A stretch of 64,000 bases of DNA from a virus: the IMG/VR virus record IMGVR_UViG_3300042341_001047; one strand, written 5' to 3'. The notes under the pieces are model-generated. The model had not been told where the DNA came from, searched no databases, and was given only the letters and a program-made list of their open reading frames with translations. The position numbers and the translations under genes are program-made. This document shows, one piece after another, positions 56,828-64,000 of the stretch (positions within the stretch are counted from its first letter, which is position 1; every line of letters starts with the position of its first letter).

Positions 56828-58708
56828 ATGATAGAATTAAAAGAGGGAGATGTATTTGTAGGACAAATAGAATTTTCGACAAACGGAAACGCATCTCTAA
56901 AAATAGAAGAGAAAGAAGTATTCATTTATAAAAAGAATACACTTAACTCATTACACTTAGATAAAGTGAAAATTGAAATATTCAAAGCTGAGAAAAAGCT
57001 AGAAGGAAAAGTTACTGAAGTAGTTTCAAGATATAAGACAGAATTTGTTGGAAAAGTACAAATAGGTAAAAAATCAACATTTGTAATACCAGATAGTAAT
57101 AGAATTCCAGTTGATTTCTATATCAAAGGTGGATTAGTAGCTGAAGATAATCAAAAGGTTATTGTTGAGTTAGTAAAGTGGACTGATAGTAAATCACCAC
57201 AAGGTAAAATAGTTAAAATATTAGGAGATTCTGGTGATAACAACGCTGAGATGAACTCAATTATGTATGAATATAATCTACCTGTTGATTTCCCACAAGA
57301 TGTTATAAATGAGGCTGAATTAGTACCAGAGATTATAACTGAAAAAGAAATTAAATCTCGAAGAGATATGAGAGGTATAACAACCTTAACTATTGACCCA
57401 GTTGATGCTAAAGACTTTGATGATGCTTTATCAGTTAATATAATAAGTGATAATAAAATTGAAGTAGGAGTACACATCGCAGATGTTGCTCATTATGTAA
57501 AACCTGAAACTAAATTAGATGAAGAAGCTTTCAAAAGAGCTACCTCTGTTTATTTAGTGGATAGATGTGTTCCAATGTTACCAGAAAGATTAAGTAATGG
57601 GATATGTTCTCTAAAACCTCACGAAGATAGACTAGCATTCTCTGTTATATTCACATTAGACTATGATGGTAATATATTAGATACTTGGCAAGGAAAAACA
57701 ATAATACACTCTGATAGAAGATACTCATACGAAGAAGCTCAAGAGATAATTGAAGGTGTTGATGGTGATTATAATAAAGAGATAAGAATTTTAGATTCTA
57801 TTGCTAGAAAAATCAGAAAGAAAAGAATTAAAGATGGTTCTATTGAAATGGGAGGCATTGAAGTTAAATTCAAATTAGCACCAGATAACAAGAAACCAAT
57901 TGGTGTTTATTTCAAAGAACAAAAAGAAGCTAATAAATTAATTGAAGAATTTATGTTATTAGCTAATAAATCTGTTGCTAAGACACTTTCAACAGCTGGA
58001 TGGGCAAATGTATATAGAGTTCACGATACACCTAATATCGATAAGTTAAATGAATTGGTTGGAATTTGCAACACATTTAAATACGAATTAGATGTAGATG
58101 TAGAGTCGAATGACTTGAAGAAGTCACTTAACAATTTACTAGTTCAGATTAAAGGAACACCTGAAGAGAATATGATAGAAACATTAGTTACTAGATGTAT
58201 GTCTAAGGCTACTTATACAATCAAGAACATAGGACACTATGGTTTAGGATTTACACACTATTCACACTTTACAAGTCCAATTAGAAGATATCCTGATTTA
58301 ATCACACATAGAATTTTATTTGATTTCTTAAATAAAGGAAAACAGGGAAACCCTGGTAAAGTTGAAGACCAAGCTAAATGGTGTTCATCCCGTGAATTGA
58401 TTGCTGCTAAAGCTCAAAGAGATTCTATTAAATATAAACAAGCTGAATATCTTTTAGATAAAATCGGAAAAGTATTTGATGGAATCGTATCAGGAGTAAG
58501 TGATTGGGGTATGTATGTTGAATTAACCGAAAGTAAATGTGAAGGAATGGTTAGATATCAAACATTAGAAGGTAAATGGTCAGTTGATACAAATAACTAT
58601 ACTATAACTAATGAATTAGGTGATAAAATCAGATTAGGAGATCCTGTTAAAGTTGTAGTTAAATCAGTAGACTTAGAAAGAAAACAAATAGATTTCACAA
58701 TATTTTAA
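56828..58708 (+). CDS. rnr: ribonuclease R (RNB family)
   Basis: TIDPVDAKDFDDALS, VHIADV, RATSVY, IEEFMLLAN, HFTSPIRRYPDL, C-terminal S1. Confidence 0.95.
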   Translation: MIELKEGDVFVGQIEFSTNGNASLKIEEKEVFIYKKNTLNSLHLDKVKIEIFKAEKKLEGKVTEVVSRYKTEFVGKVQIGKKSTFVIPDSNRIPVDFYIKGGLVAEDNQKVIVELVKWTDSKSPQGKIVKILGDSGDNNAEMNSIMYEYNLPVDFPQDVINEAELVPEIITEKEIKSRRDMRGITTLTIDPVDAKDFDDALSVNIISDNKIEVGVHIADVAHYVKPETKLDEEAFKRATSVYLVDRCVPMLPERLSNGICSLKPHEDRLAFSVIFTLDYDGNILDTWQGKTIIHSDRRYSYEEAQEIIEGVDGDYNKEIRILDSIARKIRKKRIKDGSIEMGGIEVKFKLAPDNKKPIGVYFKEQKEANKLIEEFMLLANKSVAKTLSTAGWANVYRVHDTPNIDKLNELVGICNTFKYELDVDVESNDLKKSLNNLLVQIKGTPEENMIETLVTRCMSKATYTIKNIGHYGLGFTHYSHFTSPIRRYPDLITHRILFDFLNKGKQGNPGKVEDQAKWCSSRELIAAKAQRDSIKYKQAEYLLDKIGKVFDGIVSGVSDWGMYVELTESKCEGMVRYQTLEGKWSVDTNNYTITNELGDKIRLGDPVKVVVKSVDLERKQIDFTIF

Positions 58709-59158
58709 ATGGATGGTTGGAGTGTAACAAAGTCTTTTAATATTAAATTAGATAATAATAATTTAGAACAATACGAGAAACTATTATCTAATTTTAGTAA
58801 TTGGAAAGAATATAAAAGAGATATTAAACTAAATTCAATTTTAGAAGATAAAAAGATTGAATTTACTTTAGATATATCCGCACATTCTCTTGGTGTTATG
58901 TATGTAAATGTTGTAACAGATGATAATTATGACTATGATGTTCTTAAAAAATCATCATCTGCTATAAAGTTTATGAAATTTATACTCAAAGGTAATAATG
59001 TTTTAGAATTAGAAATAACAATTAAAACAATGACTACTGAATGGGGTAAGATTATCAGAAACTTAATTGAATCAGGAGTTGAACTAGAACTCAGACAAAA
59101 CATAGTAGATAATCAAGTCAAATCTTTCTACTTTACATATCCAAAAATGACAGCATGA
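58709..59158 (+). CDS. degenerate prohead-protease-like fragment with RDIKLNSIL tag
   Basis: IKTMTTEWGKIIRNLIESG resembles protease IRLLSTYWGKEAKALVDDG; catalytic motifs absent. Confidence 0.5.
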   Translation: MDGWSVTKSFNIKLDNNNLEQYEKLLSNFSNWKEYKRDIKLNSILEDKKIEFTLDISAHSLGVMYVNVVTDDNYDYDVLKKSSSAIKFMKFILKGNNVLELEITIKTMTTEWGKIIRNLIESGVELELRQNIVDNQVKSFYFTYPKMTA

Positions 59159-59592
59159 TGAAATTTATCAACATATTAACAGAAGCCAATCAGGACTATT
59201 TAAATGAAATCATAGATAAAATGTCTATTTCTGAGATTGAATATATCGAATCTTTATATTCCAAATTTAGTGCAATTGAATACATAGATGATAATGATAA
59301 TGAATGTATGTTTGCTATATTAGATGATAACCTATTAGTAGACATATCAAATCTATATAAAAAATATGGAATAAAATTCAAAGTGGTGGATTTATCAACT
59401 GATATATTTTTCGACAACCACTTTGATGTTCTTTTTGAAAATAATATTGGACAAGATATGTCTAATATCATACTTAAATTAATATTAAGTTTCAAAGAAG
59501 ATTTTACTACAAAGGATATTGTTCTTGATAAAATATTAAGTAAAGGAATATCCAGTCTTACAAAATTTGATAAAGAGATTCTAGATAACTAG
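59155..59592 (+). CDS. hypothetical protein
   Basis: 145 aa; C-terminal DIVLDKILSKGISSLTxxDKEIL. Confidence 0.6.
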   Translation: MMKFINILTEANQDYLNEIIDKMSISEIEYIESLYSKFSAIEYIDDNDNECMFAILDDNLLVDISNLYKKYGIKFKVVDLSTDIFFDNHFDVLFENNIGQDMSNIILKLILSFKEDFTTKDIVLDKILSKGISSLTKFDKEILDN

Positions 59593-61304
59593 AATTCGAA
59601 TTCCCCACCACCTTCAGCAGGAGGAGTTTCTCCACCCTCAGCCGGAGCTTCTGGAGCGGCTTGAGCACCTTGAGCAGGAGCTTCACCTTCAGCAGGAGGC
59701 GTCTCACCACCTTCAGCAGGAGCTTCACCACCTTCAGCAGGAGCACCACCGGCAGCGGCGGCAGCGGCGGCGACAGACGCAGCATCTTTAGCCCAGTATC
59801 TTTGATTTTCAGCAATTTCCTCTTGAGTAAGTTTAAATACATTGTCTATTAAGTAATCAACGTGGAAGTAAGGTTTCTCACCATTCATAATTCCAACTAA
59901 TGTTCCAAATATCTCAGCTTTCTTAGCTAAGTTTCCTAATTTCTTCCACTCTTCAAATACTTGATTTGAGTTAAAAGTAATATCCATTTGATTCATGATA
60001 ACTTCATCATCTTTCAACTCAGGGAACTCAATTAACATTTGTAATTTAAGAGGTTTAACAATTAATTCTTTAAAGTTAGCTCTTAATCTATTAACAAAGT
60101 TATAAAACTTAATCTCATCTCTTGTCATCTCAGAAGCATCTGAGAAAAGGTTACCACCACCATTTTCTTTATCGAATCTTTGGAAAGGAATTTTAGAAGC
60201 TCTTTTCAAAGCATTATAGAACCAAGTTAACATATCAGACTCATTCAAGTTATGTCCTTCTGGTGAAACTAATTCCATAGCTGGTGTACCAGCATCTCCT
60301 TCAGGAAACCAAATTTGTTTATTATAAGGTAAGTGTTTAGCCCCATTGATACTTAAAGTACCTAATGTATCATCCCATTCTACTTCTTCAGAATAGTCAT
60401 TAATTAATTGACCAATTTGTTCTTCAGCTCTTTGTCTTGATAAACCTTTAATTGGAATAGTAAATTTTTGATAAACGGTAGCATTAATAATGTTAAACAT
60501 AACTCTTGTTTGTTCAAGAATCTTTAACTGATTATATGGTTTAATTAAACCTTCAACATAAGAAGTTTCTGAATAATCATTTTGAGTAGAGTAAGAAATA
60601 TAAACTATTTGAGAATCTAAGAATATTCTTCTTAATTGAGGATCCTCTGGAAACTGAATCCATAAGTGACCTATTGTTGGTTCATAAGCTGGAACTAAAG
60701 TTTCTGGTCTTAATCTATTAAATCCAATGATATTTTTCTTTTTATCATCATAAATAATTTCAAGTGCTAAATAACCATCAACTAAAAAGTCTTTCATCAT
60801 ATTCCAAGCCGTGATACTATCACCGAATCCAAACTTATTATAAATTTTTTCAAAATACTCTTGATATTTATCTTTTACTTCTTGTGGATACTCATTAGAT
60901 AATGTTTTTGGAGAACAAAAGTCTCTATCATCATTGTAAACGATACTCTCATCAGCTATCGAACTAACAAAGTCTCTAATCTCATCTTTAATAGAATACT
61001 CTCTTAGGATTCTTCTTTTATCACCATATGCTTTATCTAAGTAAGGAATAGATTTTCTATTTAATACCGAAGCAACGGCTCTTTGAGAAAAGAAATCATA
61101 CATTGAGTTACCTCTAGCAGCGTATGGATCTTCGTTGATACCAATACCTACTTGATTTCTAACAATCATATCATCATAATTCATACCATATGATGATAAA
61201 CTTCTTAAAATTCTATTAAAAAGTCCTTTGTTTTCAACTGCACTATTTGTGTAAGCGAAATTCGAATTTGATGTATCTTGATTAGATTGATTATAAGAAG
61301 CCAT
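59589..61304 (-). CDS. gp20: portal vertex protein (T4 gp20-like)
   Basis: FLVDGYLA, IKPYNQLKILEQ, WFPEGDAGT, ASKIPFQRF, TRDEIKFYNFVNRLRANF; low-complexity AEGGE tail. Confidence 0.9.
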   Translation of the reverse strand: MASYNQSNQDTSNSNFAYTNSAVENKGLFNRILRSLSSYGMNYDDMIVRNQVGIGINEDPYAARGNSMYDFFSQRAVASVLNRKSIPYLDKAYGDKRRILREYSIKDEIRDFVSSIADESIVYNDDRDFCSPKTLSNEYPQEVKDKYQEYFEKIYNKFGFGDSITAWNMMKDFLVDGYLALEIIYDDKKKNIIGFNRLRPETLVPAYEPTIGHLWIQFPEDPQLRRIFLDSQIVYISYSTQNDYSETSYVEGLIKPYNQLKILEQTRVMFNIINATVYQKFTIPIKGLSRQRAEEQIGQLINDYSEEVEWDDTLGTLSINGAKHLPYNKQIWFPEGDAGTPAMELVSPEGHNLNESDMLTWFYNALKRASKIPFQRFDKENGGGNLFSDASEMTRDEIKFYNFVNRLRANFKELIVKPLKLQMLIEFPELKDDEVIMNQMDITFNSNQVFEEWKKLGNLAKKAEIFGTLVGIMNGEKPYFHVDYLIDNVFKLTQEEIAENQRYWAKDAASVAAAAAAAGGAPAEGGEAPAEGGETPPAEGEAPAQGAQAAPEAPAEGGETPPAEGGGEFEF

Positions 61305-61375
61305 TTATTGTTTTAATAAAATTTATATTATATATTAAAATCAAAGAGTCCCTCCAAACAATTGATAATGTTGAA

Positions 61376-61852
61376 TTATACATAGAAAGTTCTAAAAACA
61401 ACCTTCAAATCTGTTGAAGTTAGCTTACTTTCAACGAAAAATGATTGAAAATCGTCTTGATTTTTAGAAATTGCATCTACTAATTTTTGAAATTTCATAG
61501 CTGATCTTTTCTCTAAAAATTTATTACCTTCACTCCAAGTAATATCACCTGTTTTAGGATCGATAACAGAGTCTATTCTATGTGTATTATTACCAGAGTT
61601 GAATATGGATCTAAGTAAAAAAGACTCACCTGATCTAAATAAACTCATCTCTTGGAACTTAGCCTCAGGAAAAGGTCTAACACCACCAACTAAAATACCA
61701 AAAATCATCTCGTCAACTTCTCTTCTAGACATATTAACAGCGTGTGTTCTTAATTCTTTAGCTCTATCGATTTGCCCAAAATCTTCTAATTTATCAGCAG
61801 CACTGATATATGTTGAGTAATCCAATTCTTCAAATTTTCTGATGTGTTTCAT
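61376..61852 (-). CDS. hypothetical protein with capsid-targeting-like leader
   Basis: MKHIRKFEEL. Confidence 0.6.
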   Translation of the reverse strand: MKHIRKFEELDYSTYISAADKLEDFGQIDRAKELRTHAVNMSRREVDEMIFGILVGGVRPFPEAKFQEMSLFRSGESFLLRSIFNSGNNTHRIDSVIDPKTGDITWSEGNKFLEKRSAMKFQKLVDAISKNQDDFQSFFVESKLTSTDLKVVFRTFYV

Positions 61853-61886
61853 AGTATTTTGTATATTTTATATGATTATATATTAA

Positions 61887-62582
61887 TTATTTATTACCAT
61901 ATTTTTTTTGATTGCTTTGAATTCTTTGTATATGTTTTTTCAATACAACATATTTATCGGAAATTTCTCCTCGAACATCATAGAAGTCATCCATAGATGA
62001 GTTCATTATTTCTTGATGTCTCTTATCCTTATCCTTTAACTTAACTTGCCATATATCAAATAACTTACCTGGATCATATTTATTTTTAGGGTGTCCAGAT
62101 ATTAAAAATCTAGGAACTAAACTCATATCAATTCTATGAACTAATTTAACCAATCTAACATCATATTCAACGATAGAATATTCAAATCCAAACTTTATAA
62201 GTTCAGCATACATACCCTCATAATTAACTTTTAATGGTCTATTTTGGTCTAAATCCTCTTCTGTAATAAATTTATCAAATAAAAAAGCTCTTACTTCAAG
62301 TGGTATAAAATTTAAATTAACACCAAATACTATTATCTGTTTTCCTATTTTTTTATAGTTTGTAACAAAAATAGGAGACCACTTCATCCAATTAGAACTA
62401 TCAAGGTAATGTAAGTGAAAAAACATACCAGGCATTAAATCCTTAACATCAATAGCAAAAACATCTTTATCAGATTTTTGATACTTATTATAAAAATATA
62501 AAGAGTTATTTTTAAAATTATCTGCTATACCATCTCCGTCAACTAACATTCTAAGACCTATTCTATCAACCAATTCCCCCAT
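61887..62582 (-). CDS. gp2: DNA end protector protein (T4 gp2-like)
   Basis: PGMFFHLHY...SPIFV...FGVNLNFIPLEVRAFLFD; divergent from gp4. Confidence 0.6.
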   Translation of the reverse strand: MGELVDRIGLRMLVDGDGIADNFKNNSLYFYNKYQKSDKDVFAIDVKDLMPGMFFHLHYLDSSNWMKWSPIFVTNYKKIGKQIIVFGVNLNFIPLEVRAFLFDKFITEEDLDQNRPLKVNYEGMYAELIKFGFEYSIVEYDVRLVKLVHRIDMSLVPRFLISGHPKNKYDPGKLFDIWQVKLKDKDKRHQEIMNSSMDDFYDVRGEISDKYVVLKKHIQRIQSNQKKYGNK

Positions 62583-62624
62583 GAGTTTAATTTTCTTTTA
62601 TATATAAAGAAAACTATTATAGAT

Positions 62625-63149
62625 ATGTTAAATTCAAAACCAAATAACTCTAATTATAATCAAGGAAATTATATACCTAAGAATAAAGACAAGGTAATTA
62701 AGTTAAATACACAAGGTGGTGTTTATTTTAGAAGTTCTTGGGAAAAGAAAATTATGTATTGGTTAGACATGAAATCAGAAATTATAAAATGGGGAGCAGA
62801 ATGTTTACAAATACCATATCAAATGACACACTTTGATAATGGTGACACAAAAGTCAAAAGTCATATATATCACGTTGACTTTTATTATGAAATGAGAATC
62901 AATGGAGAACTAAAACAAATAGTAGCCGAAGTTAAACCAATGAAAGAGTATAAAATGGTTCAAGCTCTAAACGAAGGAAGATTAGAAGTACCTGATAAAG
63001 GAACTAAGAAACTAAAAAACTTTGAGTACGACTTAAAAATGGCTTATAAAAATAAACAAAAGTGGGAAACCGTGATTGAATGGTGTAATAAAAAGGGATA
63101 TACCTTCATTATAATAACTGAAGATCATCTTAAGAAGTTTAATGTATAA
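62625..63149 (+). CDS. gp4: head completion nuclease (T4 gp4 / TnsA-like)
   Basis: YFRSSWE, WGAE..IPY, YHVDF, EVKP, NKQKW, FIIITE. Confidence 0.88.
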   Translation: MLNSKPNNSNYNQGNYIPKNKDKVIKLNTQGGVYFRSSWEKKIMYWLDMKSEIIKWGAECLQIPYQMTHFDNGDTKVKSHIYHVDFYYEMRINGELKQIVAEVKPMKEYKMVQALNEGRLEVPDKGTKKLKNFEYDLKMAYKNKQKWETVIEWCNKKGYTFIIITEDHLKKFNV

Positions 63150-63483
63150 GACTATAAATAAATATCATCAATATAAAGATGATAGAAATACTAGGTAGTA
63201 TATTATCCCAAACTGCATATAACCTTTTACTTAAATGATAAAATGGAAATTTAAGAAGATATAGAGAAAGTAAAGTAATAAATAATACTTTTTGAGATGA
63301 CCATAATCCTATAATCATCCAAACAAAAAATAGAAATTCTGTGAAGTAATAAACTAAGTCTATTTTTTTAATAGCCATTAAATCTTTATTTCTAAAGTTT
63401 AAGTCCAATCTTTGTTTGTTAAAAACAAGAAATATCTTAGTCCATATAAAAACTAAAATAAAATAATAAAAAAAAGTAATCAT
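63139..63483 (-). CDS. hypothetical membrane protein
   Basis: Three to four hydrophobic helices. Confidence 0.55.
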   Translation of the reverse strand: MITFFYYFILVFIWTKIFLVFNKQRLDLNFRNKDLMAIKKIDLVYYFTEFLFFVWMIIGLWSSQKVLFITLLSLYLLKFPFYHLSKRLYAVWDNILPSISIIFILMIFIYSLIH

Positions 63484-63785
63484 ATCATTTCTGTGTTATA
63501 TATTATATCTTCAAATTTTATAAGATTTTGAAATTCAACCTCAGATATTTTAACAGAATTTGAAGTGGATAATAAATTATAAATACTATCAGTTAGAAAA
63601 ACTTCAATTCCTTCACCAACAATACTATCATATTCATTGGGTATATCACCAGATTCTCTATTAGAATAAATATTTGAAACAAATTTTATTCTTTCATCTT
63701 CATTAATATGAATTGAGCATCCATTACTAAACACACCATCATTTTGATTTGACTCTTCCCAAAGTTGTAAAATAACCTTATTCAT
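63480..63785 (-). CDS. hypothetical protein
   Basis: LQLWEES...GCSIH. Confidence 0.6.
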   Translation of the reverse strand: MNKVILQLWEESNQNDGVFSNGCSIHINEDERIKFVSNIYSNRESGDIPNEYDSIVGEGIEVFLTDSIYNLLSTSNSVKISEVEFQNLIKFEDIIYNTEMI

Positions 63786-63856
63786 TTTTTTAATAATTTA
63801 TAGTCATTTTATAAAACAATTGTGAGAAAGTTTCATAAAATAAAAAAAACTTTAAA

Positions 63857-64000
63857 ATGAGCGTAAAATTAGAATACATTTGGTTAGATGGTTCGGAACC
63901 ACAACAATTAAGAAGTAAAACTAAAATTGTCGAAAAATCAGACACACTTTTGGCAAAAGATTACTCTATGTGGTCTTTCGATGGAAGTTCAACACTACAA
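63857..64000 (+). CDS. glutamine synthetase (type II-like), 5' part only
   Basis: MSVKLEYIWLDGSEPQQLRSKTK...WSFDGSST, running off the window. Confidence 0.85.
   Translation, partial: MSVKLEYIWLDGSEPQQLRSKTKIVEKSDTLLAKDYSMWSFDGSSTLQ

Noticed and set aside
1646-61820. Numerous 60-120 aa antisense or out-of-frame ORFs (e.g. 1646, 2289, 9723, 13517, 15760, 16518, 29894, 33943, 40919, 57151, 59558, 61599)
   Set aside because: They lie inside or largely overlap well-supported genes and have shadow-like composition
1-64000. Stop-codon reassignment, as in some jumbo phages
   Set aside because: Conserved genes are full length in code 11, and TAA, TAG and TGA all occur as stops

Overview
Very AT-rich, densely coding 64-kb segment of a large T4-like (jumbo) bacteriophage in the standard genetic code. 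The host is probably Bacteroidota: TAnnTTTG promoters are present and Shine-Dalgarno sites are not obvious. Structural genes: gp23-like major capsid protein, a gp21 protease fused to a repeat-rich scaffold, gp20 portal, gp2, gp4, a baseplate hub and three tail/fibre proteins. Replication and nucleotide genes: gp41 helicase, the N-terminal half of a split family-B polymerase, a small PolA-like protein, a DinG-like helicase, NrdA, ThyA, a NEIL1-like glycosylase and two DNA methyltransferases. There are also glycosyltransferases and an unusually rich RNA quality-control set: Ro60/TROVE with upstream structured RNAs, tmRNA, RNase R, stand-alone NFACT-R, a 2H phosphoesterase, a HAD phosphatase and RNA-ligase-like genes. 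The most striking unexplained structures are: (i) a 1.1-kb chain of interlocking GTTA/TAAC-bounded inverted-repeat cassettes (31.2-32.3 kb); (ii) degenerate fragments of the phage's own core proteins sharing an R-x-x-K-I-x-x-I-L tag; (iii) about 15 proteins sharing a capsid-targeting-like N-terminal leader; (iv) Y-RNA-like ncRNAs behind the same extended promoter as the capsid genes; (v) an atypical tmRNA. All calls come from motif recognition by eye; no searches were run.
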